Shown here one piece after another: positions 12,101 to 24,200 of a DNA stretch of 57,423 nucleotides (its first letter is position 1; each line of letters begins with the position of its first letter). The notes under the pieces were generated by a model, which was not told the origin of the DNA, ran no database searches, and saw nothing but the letters and a program-made list of their open reading frames with translations. The stretch is from Priapulus caudatus. Its lineage: Eukaryota. The position numbers were made by a program, and so were the translations under genes. The stretch covers positions 677,777 to 735,199 of the forward strand of contig NW_014577082.1 of NCBI RefSeq assembly GCF_000485595.1. Direction: 5' to 3'.

Positions 12101-15100
12101 GGGACGAGCTGGGTGTAGTGGGGGGTGCAGGTACACTGTCCTTCTCGCGTGTAACGAGCAGTACGTGTACGTTAACGAGCAGCAATTGATTGCCTCCTCC
12201 GCGCGCGGGCTAGCTTGTCTCCAACACGCGCTGCGAACGTGAACCCCCCTCCCCCGTTAGGCAATTAGCTGCGGATTTGTGGCCAGCCACCTGACTCGCG
12301 GCGCATAAGTCGATATGAGTGTAGCAAGTCTAGTGCGTTGGTCTCCTTAATTGTCCTCGTAAAACGTGGCAGTGGATAATTTACTCTCGATTGTGTCGCC
12401 GCGTGGGTATCTCTCTTTACGTCGTGCGTCTGGAAACTGTCTTTTAACGTTGCCGGGTCCTTTTGAGGAGTTTCGCGTAGATATTCGTAGAGAGTGTAGA
12501 TATATACAGGGTGCGAAATTAAGGGGAGTCCGGAGTCTAATACTCCTAGATTTACTGTCGGACTCCCTGATTTGACAGATGCAGGAGTCCGTGTGACTCC
12601 CTGAAAATTCTGCTATACTAACTAGTTCGTTCCAGAGCACGGCCTCGCGGAATTACCGTATTTTTTCAGCAAATATCCAAAGAAAATTTGGTAGACGTGC
12701 ATCACATGATTCTTCAAAATAAGCACATGTGTTATTATTGTTATGCTTTAGTTTTGAATTTCAGACTGCGGACTCCCGCATTTTTGCTGCGGACTCCCTC
12801 TTTTTGAGGGCAGAGAGTCTATTTGACTCCCTTGTTCAAAAGTTAATTTCTAACCCTGTAATAAGCTTTCTGTTTTCGCCGTACTACCCCGTCATCTGTC
12901 TGCTCCTCCCCCTCCCCCTTTCCTGTATTATTTTGTTTTGATCTTTTTCGACTGAATATCTCCACCCATTTCACCTTATCTGTTTATTTATCCCTTTCCT
13001 TGATCTTGCAACTAAACAGTCCTGTCACATTATAAACCTCTTCTTTGGCCTTCTATCTCTCTCTCTTTCTCCCTCTCTCTCGCTCTCTCTCTCTCTTTCT
13101 CCCTCTCTCTCGCTCTCTCTCTCGGGCTCTCCTCTCTCTTTCTCCTCTGCTTCATCGGTCTCTTCTCTTTCTTCCCTCGTCTCTCGCTCTCTCTCTACTC
13201 TCTCTATTTCTCCTCCCCCCCTCCCCCTCTTCTCTCTCCACTCTCTCTTTCTTCTCCGTTCTCTTCTCTCTCTCTCGTCCTCTCTCTCTCTCTCCTTCCT
13301 CTCCCCTCTCTCCTTCTCCACTCTCTCTCTCTCTCTACTTTTTTCATTGGCGAATTGAGGGGGCAGAACATCAGGGCCATCTCCTAATACAGGAATCAGG
13401 TTTGAAAAACTCGTATGGTAGTATAGAAATTCCTTGCGGTGTTTTATCAGCATTTTAAACCGCCACTTTATGTATTGTTGCTCGGATTAAGTTCTAGAGT
13501 AGTTAAGACTAGAGTACAAAAAATCCGTCTGGAGTACAAAAATACGCCTGCTACAGCTTGCACCACTACAGCTATACACCGCCTTGCTGCTGCTTTTTGG
13601 CCCACCTCTCACCCCGTCCACCCAGCTACTCTACACTCACGCCACTCCCTATACACCTCCTTGCTGCTGCTTTTTGGCCCCACCTCTCACCCCGTCCACC
13701 CAGCTAACTCCTACACTCACCGCCACTCCTATACACCTCCTTGCTGCTGCTTTTTGGCCCGCCTCTCACCCGTCCACCAGCTACTCTACACTCACGCCAC
13801 TCCCCTATACACCGTCTTGCTGCTGCTTTTTTGGCCGCCGCTTCTCACCCCGTCCACCCAGCTACTCTTACACTCCACCCACTTCCCTCCTATACACCTC
13901 CTTGCTGCCTTGAGCTTTTTGGCCCGCCTCCACCGCCGTCCACCCAGGCTTACTCTACACTCACGCCACTCCCCTATACACCTCCTTGCTGCTGCTTTTT
14001 GGCCCGCCTCTCACCCCGTCCACCCAGCTACTCTACACTCACGCCACTCCCCTATACACCTCCTTGCTGCTGCTTTTTGGCCCGCCTCTCACCCCGTCCA
14101 CCTAGCTACTACGAGACTGACGTGCTGCGTCGTGTTGCAGGTGATGGCAGCTGCCGGGAGTTTCAAAGATTCACCGAAGCCAGAACGAACGGCAGGGATG
14201 CTGAGAAGGGCTTCACGGAGTTTCCCGCGCTTGTCGGCGAGATGCGAGCATCGAGGACAACGGTGAGATATCGGAGGGAGGAGGGCAGCAGGAGAGAGGA
14301 GGGCGAGAGAAGAGAGGGGAGGTAGGGGGAGGGAGTGCAAGAGAGGAGGGAGGGGGTGGAGGAAGGAGGAAAAAGGGAGGGGAGAGTCAGGAGGGGCTGT
14401 GAGAGAAATGGGAGGGGGAGTGATCGGTGATGGAGGGCGAAGGAATCGTAAGAAAGCTTGATAGGCAAGGGAGAGAGGGGCCCACCGGAAGGATGGTGAT
14501 TAAACGAGTGGAGGGTGTGAGAGCGGTCTGCAGGAGAAGGGTTAGCACTACGAGTGCATAGGAAACGGGTGCCGGTGCCAGCGGTGGGGGTGGGGCAAAG
14601 GAGCAGGGACCATAGAATTAGATAGAAGGATTAGCCTGTGTGTGTGATGTATGTTTACAAGGTGGTGGGCTACCCACCATTGGCGTGCAACATTGTGGGC
14701 GAATTTTGTACCTGGCCTCCAGCTTTGTGATCTCAAACAAGATCCGTAGAGTGCTTGTTTAAACCCGTTAAATATTTAAGACGAGATCGTGTACATTTTG
14801 CTCTTCATCTTGTCCTTAATTATTCCACTTGAATTATTAAGGTTACGCGCGCGCAGCCACGCGGTAGGGCGCGGGCGAATTGCTCAGCACAGATGGTGGC
14901 GTCCCCTAGGGGAAAGGGGCGGACATTAGCCGCCGAGTAGCAACCACTTAGCCTGTGTGCGCAAGGGAAATCTGCTTGTTAGTGCACGTCCCACTCTCCC
15001 GTGTATCAGGATAGAAGTCTGACATGTCATCTCACTTAGGCTGCATCTTATACAGTCGGTTGAGTGTCCCCCGAGCCGAGTGGATGACTGCTGTTGACAC

Positions 15101-18100
15101 AAGCATGGAGTGCCAATAACGCGTTTTTCTGCGCTGCCTAGGAGAACGCGTTCACCTAGCTCGCACGCAAAGCGCGGTTAATTAAATGTGCATGTAGTTG
15201 TCCGTTACGTGGGCTTAGCTTAGTCTAGTAGAGTGAATGGGGCCAAGCGCTGTCAAGTTGTGCTTGCTTCGATATTTGAAAGTAAATAGAAGTATTGATC
15301 AAATTACGACAATGGTCGTTGGCGTGTAGGTTTGAAGTATGTGAGTGGCTTGCTTTTCTTCTCTGTAACTGTTCACGTTGCAGGTGATTAGTTTTCTAAT
15401 AGTAGATCAGACAAGGCGTACACAAAAGATATTGTCCCTTCTGCACACCACGTTTATTTACGTATCACATGCACTTTACACGTATCTTACGTTTATATAG
15501 CATGGTTGGCTAACATACTCGGCTAAATGCTGATTATTGCAATTTGTGTACAACTTCAGTTGTTAGTGTTACTGCAAACAGTTGCTGCTTAGCTAGTTAT
15601 ATCACGTTATATAACGTTATATCAACGTGGCATGGTGTAATTGGCAAGCACGCATCGGTTATGCTTCCCCTCTCTCACTGGCATGTTTTACGTAGCGTAC
15701 GCTGACCGTCAGAAAGTCACACCTCTGTCCGAACTCGCTTTCTTGGCAGCAGGTGGCGCCACCGCACGAGGTTTTGCGTCGGAGGCGAGATTTCGGCGGC
15801 GATATGACAGCGGGGAGCATTATCAGCGAGCGTAATTCAACCTGCATGCAAAGTATTTTAAGTTGTCATGTTTTTGTGCGATATAGCTGCTGAAGCCCTC
15901 TCGCACGCACGTGCGCGCGGCGGCCCCGGCATCTGGCGAGATGCAAGAACGCAAATCAACTCGTCGGCTAAAAATATGCGCGACCGCGACTTACAAAGGT
16001 TAGAGCAATGATGCGGCGAGCCGCGCACCCTACCACCGTCCACCCACGCGAGAATCGAGAAAGTTCGCGACGTAATAAAAAAAAGAAGGGTTTCCGTTCG
16101 GCCGTGTGTTCTCTGTGTGGCGTGTGGCGTGCACGAGCTTATACACGCGCACGTGCGTCGTGTGCGTAGAAGCTGCGCGTGTGCGCGGCTGCACGAGATG
16201 TAAGGCAGAGAAAGTCATCATCCTCGTCGATACATGCATGTCAGAGACACGTATTGTACGACGCTGCATATCAGCTGTTAGCGACGAGGTATCGGAGGAG
16301 GGTGAAGCGAGGGAGAGAGGTCAGCGAGGGGTCACCTAGCGGAGAGAAGCCGATTTGCAGCCGTGGCGATGGGGTTATACAGACGGAGCAGCGGAGGGCC
16401 GTGTTATGGGGGAAGCGGAAGGAGGGTATTGAGTCTCGCGCGGGGAGGGGTTCAGCGGGGGGAAGCATTGAGCGGGTGTGTAGGGGGCAGGGAAAAATAA
16501 ACAGGCAGTTGAAAATCAACACAGTTGGGTCCAACGCAGTTATATGGACGTGGATTTGGGGAGGGTGAAGCTTTGGAAGCCTCAATCACAATGTGAAGCC
16601 CAAGGAATACTTCTAAGCGTGGTGTGGCAGTGAATAATCTCTATGGGCATGTTTTCGAGGGAATATAAACAAGACCTGACTCACTGTAATTTCGAGTCAT
16701 GGGATCTGAGGTGACTAACCCGGGACAGCTGGTGACAGTCTGCTTGCTCAATTGCGCAACATGTGATGCTGGCTTCTCATAAAAGACTCGTCAACTAATG
16801 TATCTTCTAGTTTCATTCTCGTTAGAGTATGGCTTGCTGTGTAAATAATACGGCGCATTCATTATTCAATAATTTATACTTTGTCGTTGGCAAACCTACT
16901 TGTCTTGCATATATATCCTAACCGTCTTGCCGTAAAATTGCTCATGCTGCCATGTTTAAAAATTTCTATGGTTTCAATCATTTGTTATGGCTTCTTCTGG
17001 CATCTAGGGAATACATAAGGAAACAATATTATATTGGCCATCTGTATTTCGGTTCAGTTAAATTCAGAAGGCGTGTGTAACCAGTCCACGTCTTCGTGCG
17101 TGCGACGGACGGATGCGGCACACGTCATAGTAAACTGATACTTGCTGTTGAGCAAATTGTCCGAGTTCTCGATAATCTCAGAAAGGTTTCCGAGTTTTGC
17201 TGCTTCGAACCTCGAGCTTGTATAGTTTCGATGACCTATAGATCCCCCGCGAACTATCGAGTCTCCTTCTCGGAGAGCCGGATACAGTGGGTCTGGCCCG
17301 AAAATTGGCATGGTTTCATCCACTAGTACCACCGCGTGCGCTTCGAGACCCCCGCCCACCCCGTCGCGGGAGCTTGTGAGAGCTTCCAGGGCCCCGTGTG
17401 CGTTCTCTGCCTCCACATGCAGTACATCTGTAACACAACACTGAGGTGATAGAGGCATGCCTTTTATGGGACAGTGAGGGCATTCCTCCAAACGCTGCAG
17501 CTGGGTACAGTACTGTGAGCAAGCCGAGCAGGCAATGACTGCAGTCATGATCCACGTTGCCTCGTACACCATATCGCTGCTGCTGCTGCTGCTGCCGTGA
17601 GAAGAAGAAGAAGAAGAAGAAGCCACGAAGAAGGCTTCCGTCGTTGCCTGTGAGAGAGATCCCGTTTATTGACAGTCCTTCGCTGCAGAAAGAGAGACAG
17701 AGAGAGAGTGTGTGCGTTTATGAGAGATATAGAGCGAGAGAGAACGGAAGAGAGTGAGCAGGAGAGCCACGGCGTGGTGTGAGTAGGTTGTGTTTGGGAC
17801 AGCACGCAGCCATGTGCTTGTGATGGCGTGCGTCGTGCGACTCTGCTATAGGTCGGAGAGACAGCTGCCGCACGCCGTGGTGTAGTGACGCTGCGTGGAT
17901 CTGTTTACACGAGCGAAAGTCACAAGAGACATAAAGAAATAGAGAGAGACAGAGAGCGAGCGAGAGAGAGAGAGAGAGAGCAAGAGAGAGATATAGACGC
18001 GTTGCCGCGGTCACCGGTGTTCCTTCTCCGACGGAGACATGTCCGCAGCCGCTGACCGAAATCACCGAAGCCAGATCGATGTCCGGTCTCACTGAGTGGT

Positions 18101-21100
18101 GTCACCTTCCACCGCGACACACACTCACGCGATACGCCGCTTATGGAAGGTGTGCGTCGGCGGGAGCACATCGCCGATCGCTTACGTGAGTGATTGATCA
18201 TTGGACAGCGCCGTTTCTCCCACCTACCCGTGCACGGCGTCGCCATGAGGTGAAGCCACTCCGCGCGGCGACGACGAGTGACTGTCATGTAGCGCCCTCC
18301 TCTCGCTCGCTCGAGACGTAAACGAGGACACCTACGTCGCTCGGCCTCCCCCCCACCCGCTTCCCCCTCCCCCTCCCCCCACCCGCCGCCATGGCCGAGC
18401 GCAACGAGATCGTGTGCAAGTACGTCTGCTCGAACACGACGCCCTACTACAGCGTCACGATCGACCAGAAGCAGAGCAAAGCGATCCACTGCTGCGCCAA
18501 GTGCGCGCCGGACGTCGCGCGCACCTGTGGCGTCCGCTGCGGCGCCATCCACTACGGCTACTGCATCCCCGTCGGGCCGCCGGGCGCGCCGCCGCGGGTC
18601 GCCGTCCACCGGCCGCGCCTCGCGCCGGGGCCGCACGTCGGCGGGCCGCAGCTGCCGGGCAGGTACAGCGTGCAGAAGCAGATCCGCGTAGCCGACAAGC
18701 GCATGGCCGACGGCGCGTCGTCACCGTCATCGCCGTCGCCCGAGCGCGTCATCCCGATCCACTTCCGCAACCACGCGCTGACGCCGGAGAGGTCGCCATC
18801 GCCGCTGCGCGCCGCTCCCTCCGGCGTCCTGCAGAGGGCGCCGGCGTCGGGGCCGCTCAGCCCGCATAGTCCGGACGCGTCGGGCGTCAAGCTGCGCTTC
18901 ACGATCAACCTGCCGGCGCGGCGCGGCGCGAGCCCGGACTCGCCGTCTGCAACGTCTCTTGGTATTTCATGGTTGGATTTGGCTAGTCAGTAAGAGTGTC
19001 GGGTCTAGTCTTTCAGGGTTGGTTGGGGTTTGGCTAGACACTAGAAGTGTCCTCGGTTGCACCATCATTCCGCTGTGCACCTGTGAGTTGTGGTTCACGG
19101 GGTTTGGCTAGCGTTCCTTGTCGCTCACCGTGAGCGCTCGTGATCGCCGCCCGTAATGACCTCCCACGTTGACACCCACACCTTAAAGTTGCTTAACCTC
19201 GCAGCTAAATGCATATATAGACCTACTGTGAGCTCGTCTATCTTGCAAAAATTCAATAGAACTCATATGTATTGCTACTTTCATAACATTTCTTCTCAAA
19301 ATCTAAACGAAATTACTTACGCTCTTACGAAAGTAGCACCATAGTGATGTTTACACATCCGGGACACAGCGGAGCAACAGTTAACAGTTCTTTTCCATGA
19401 TAAAACAAGTTATAATTAATTATTATATGTTTATTCAGTATAAAATAGTGAAATTTGTTTAAATCATATCGTTATTTATATTACTTATGCAATCATGAAA
19501 CAACTATTTGCGCTAACGTAGGGCTACTGCTATCTGTGTGACATAACAACATCGGATGTAATTTTGAAAATTCCAATGTTTGTAGCACTTCTCTGGCTCA
19601 ATGAGAACATTTCGTGATGTTTGCACACTGCAAGTGTGCTCACAGTAGGTCTATCTAGGCTTTTTGTTGTGAGGTTTATCCATTTTAACCCGTTACAGAA
19701 ACTGACCGAAGCCAAGCCGTCGAGGAGGACTCCTGTAGCGACGACGACAAACACCAAGCAGCAGCCCTCCGTCGTTGCAGCCTCCGCCGCCGCCGCCGCT
19801 GCCGCCGCCGTGGACCCGGTCCCCATTCCACGGTTCTACTTCCCGCAGGGACGCTCTTTGCTAGGCAACCAGATTGAGGCGCAGTTGCAGCGAGTCGCGG
19901 CCGCGTTTGGCAAGTTCGGCGAAGGCAAGGTGACGCGCGAAGACTTCGGTGATGTCGCCAAGGTACGTTGATATGTCCCGCGGCGGGGTCGGCCGGTGTG
20001 ACAGGGGGGGGCTCAGATGGTATGTCGCAGGGGTAAGCCAGTATGTTGCAGGGGTCAGGCGGTATGTTGCAGGGGTCAGGCGGTATGTTGCAGGGGTCAG
20101 GCGGTATGTTGCAGGGGTCAGACAGTATGTTGCAGGGGTCAGACAGTATGTTGCAGGGGTCAGACAGTATGTTGCGTGATGCTGCGCCGCGAGATGCCCG
20201 CCGACAAGGCGAGCGCGAAGAGCATCATCGAGAGCATTGTTCAGCGCAAGATCGCCGAGCAGGAGAAGTTCCCGACGCTGCGCGCCGCCGCCGTCTCCGA
20301 CGACCGCTTCCCCGGCGGCTTCGCGGGTCGCCAGGGGGCGCCGCGCCACGTCTCGCAGTACCTGATCCGCAAGGACCAGATCGAGCGGCGCATGGCCGCC
20401 GAGAAGGAGATCTGCCTCGCGACGATGGGGCTGGCGAGCGCCGGCGGCAAGGTGTCCGAGCAGTACCTGCGCTGCAAGCGCGCCATCGAGCGCAAGATCT
20501 CCGAGATGCAGCTGCAGCCGTTCCGCGGGAGCGGCGGCGAGGCGAGTGAGAGCGAGAGCGACAACGAGCGCCCCCTGGAGGAGCGCCGCAAGTTCCGCTC
20601 GCAGGCGAAGCTCAACCTGGTGCGCTCGCCGGAGGCCGGCGCGCCGACCGCCATCGCGTTTCCGCGGCAACCGCTCGGCGACGTGCGGTCGAGGGAGCCG
20701 GCGCGGCAGCCTCCTCCTCCTTCTCAGGTGGAGAAGCCGGCTGAGAAGAAGCCCAGCGTGCCGGAGAAGCCAGCGCACGTCGTCAGACTGATGGCGCCCG
20801 AGGCGAAGACGAGGCCGCACTCGCCTGTCGAGCCGACTCGCCCGAAGACGGAAGCCGCGCGGCCGGAACCGGAACCGGAGCCGGAACGGGAACCGGAATG
20901 TCGCGCGGAGGAGGAGGCGGCCGCTCCGCCTGCTCTCGAGAGAGCGGAGGAGTTCCAGGTGGAGAGGCAGCTCATTGCCGAGGGCATCGACGATGACGAG
21001 GAGTCGGAAGAGGAGTCGGATGCGGAGTCGGAAGAGGAGGAGGAGGAGGAGGAGGCGGAGGAGAACAGGAAGAAAGTGGTTGTGGTTCAGGAGGTGGCTG

Positions 21101-21208
21101 TGCAGGAGAAGCCTGAGACACCAGCCGTTCAAGATAAACCGTCGGTGCCGGAAAAACCAGCAGTGCTCGTGAAATCTGCGACGCCGACACTGACACCAAC
21201 ACCAACAC

Positions 21209-21267
<59 letters not shown>

Positions 21268-24200
21268 CCAACACCATCACCAACATTATCACAGGCGTCA
21301 TCGCCAGCAACGCCAGTGGCAGCGACAGTGCCGCCTGCCGAGGTAACGTCATCCTCACTGTGTGCCATCTGTAATGCGGAACATCGCATGCTCTCGCGGA
21401 ATCTCGCGAGATTTGCGATCGAACGTATTCATGCTCGTATTTATTTTTGCTATATCGCACACAGATTACTTTTAAGAAAACTGCCAAATTTAACAAAACT
21501 AATGAACAAACGCAAAACGCAACTGTTATCGTTTTGAAACCGCGCAGTCGAGATCTGTGGAAGACACGCAAGGATACAACGGACAGTAACTAGTGGGCAC
21601 TTTTACCATACACAATTCTTTAGCTTGAATGTGCGTTGTACATACAATAGCTTGTTTGTAGCTATAATTTTTTAGTTTGTTTCTGTTATCATCTTGGTCA
21701 ATCTCTTTCCAGTCACTAAATAATAACCTAAATAATTCCACCAGCTAAATAATAAGCTTCCATCCAACGATCCGTTGGAAATTCGCACGCTCACACCGTC
21801 ACATGGACGCATACGCATGCACGCACATGCTGGCACGTGCACACGCGCACGCACGCACGCACGCATTCGCACAGGCGCGCGTACACACACATACGCGCGC
21901 ATACACATGCACGCACGTACACATACACCCGCAGGCCCGCTCACACACGTACACGCAGGCGCACACGCACGCACGCGCGCATACACATGCACGCACGTAC
22001 ACATACACCCGCAGGCCCGCTCACACACGTACACGCAGGCGCACACGTGCGCACACGCGATGTGATGCGTTAACAGAAGGAAGCTGTAGCTAATGACATC
22101 GCACCTCAACATCATTCGCATCCTCCTCATCGCCCTCTTCATCACCTGGCGTATCTATATCTGGGTCAGGCACTACGCAGACGCCCGGGTCGGTGTATAT
22201 TAGCAAGGTTAAGTTGTGCCGAGTGCGAAGGTCGGGCCCCAGGCTGGCGATCATGACAGTGTAAGTGCCCGTCTGTCTGACCAAGTGACCTATCTCCCAG
22301 CGCAATCAGTTAAACCTATTTGCGAGTGCGATCGCGTGCGGGGGCGGACTCCACTGAGTTGCCGCCGCCTCTTCTTATCTTTGCCGCTATGTTATTGTCG
22401 TGCTTGTCGGCGGAGTTTTTGCCACGCGCGTCTTTGCTTGTTTATGTTTTAGTGACACACTTTTCATGCCTCGCCTTGTCTTACTCCGCACGCGCGCACT
22501 CTTTCTCTCCCCCCCCACTCTATCCCTTTTACCGCTCTCTTTTTTCTCTCGCTCTAACGCTCTCCTTCTATCGTTCTGTTTCTCACGCTGTCGCGCAACG
22601 GACGCTGTGCGGTGATTTCTCGCCCCTTCTCTGTAGATACGTGGCGTACGTGCGTGCGTGCGTGTGTGAGGGGTGCGTTCGTGCGTGCGTGCGTGAGGGA
22701 GTGCGTGCGTGTGGGGGTGCGTGCGCGTGCGTGGGCGTGTGTGGGGGGGGGGGCGTGGGCGTAGGCTTGTACGTATGCGCACACATGTGTGCGTGTGTGT
22801 GTGCACGCGCGCGCGTGTGCGCGTCTGTGTAGTATTTAGCAGCAGCTAGCGGCAGATATATCTGTCTATACTGACAGACTGCCATAGGTTCATTCACCCT
22901 CATTCACGGATCGCACGCCCGGAAAGCCCGCACGTCGTGTTTGTATGTACGAGTCCCTCCCTCCCGGTGTGCCTGCCTCTCCCCTCCCGGTCGGGCGCAG
23001 CTAGCTATCCCGGTAACGCGATCCAGCCAAAATTATCACGTAACTGCTTCTTTTCGCCCGTGGAGGCGCGACGACGTGGGAGAGTCAGTGCGGGTTTCCA
23101 CCCTGAGATTCCCCATGACCCTGAGACCCTGAGATTCTCCCGCCACGGAAGCGGCAACGTGTAGAAAGTTAGCTCATCGTTGATACATGTGCTGGCTGGG
23201 TGCACCCGAGGTCACTCAGGGAGAGTGGGGAAAGAATTCGAAATCGATCAATTAGTTTATGTAGTTCCTACCAATTTCTGCTAATGATAAACTCGTTGGT
23301 TTACTGATTCACGGTCACAATCGCGATTGAAAGGTGAATGGATTGGGGATATAGCTTGCCGGCGGTGTCTACATCAGATTAAACTAGTATATATAACACA
23401 CGTTGTGTTACGCAATTAAAAACATGTAACAGACAGTAACGACGCATAGCGTGCTAATATAGACACGGACCTAAAGCCCATATACTATAGACATTATAGA
23501 CTGAACAGTACGTTCAGCATTGACTCATATACAATACTGCCAACAATGACTGATTAATACTGACAACAATTGAACATTGACTAAACAATACTGACAACAT
23601 AGACTGAACAATACTAACAACATTGACTAAACAATACTAACAACATTGACTGAACAATACTAACAACATTGACTAAACAATACTAACAACATTGACTGAA
23701 CAATACTAACAACATGATTAAACAATTACTAAAACAACATAGACTGAACAAATCACTGACATACATGACTAAACACATATAACAACTTGACCTGAAACAA
23801 TACTAAAACATTGACCTAAACAATTTAACTACAACATTGACTAAACTACTAAACAACATTAGCTGAAACAAATCTAACAACATAGACTGAACAATGTACT
23901 ACACACATTGACTAAACAATCTAACAAACATAGACACTCCATTTTACAGCGGCAATTACGCGAAGCTAATTGAACTGAACGGATACTGCCCTATCTCCGC
24001 AGTCTAGACTGGATTACTTACTGACATATCATTGACTGGGGCAATACAAGTCACGCTACCATTGGCCTGAACAAATACTGACCAACATTGGCTGAACAAT
24101 ACTGACATTAACATAGACTGAACAATACTACAACATTGACATCATTTGACAGGGCAATACGGAAGCATTTGACTGAACGATACTGCTATCCTAGAGTCTA

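Noticed and set aside
13025..14266. Long ORFs (275, 194 and 142 aa)
   Set aside because: They arise from CT microsatellites and the 78-bp array. Only 14141-14262 is supported as an exon.
17054..17626. 190-aa minus-strand ORF
   Set aside because: No recognisable domain, and it starts in simple repeats. Unsupported.
17920..18908. Overlapping minus-strand and alternative-frame ORFs
   Set aside because: Shadows of the GC-rich exon at 18391.
20017..20175. CCRGQ repeat at the start of the 506-aa ORF
   Set aside because: Translation of the 21-bp intronic tandem repeat, not real coding sequence.
19861..21132. 423-aa minus-strand ORF
   Set aside because: Antisense shadow of the GC3-rich plus-strand coding block plus a tandem repeat.
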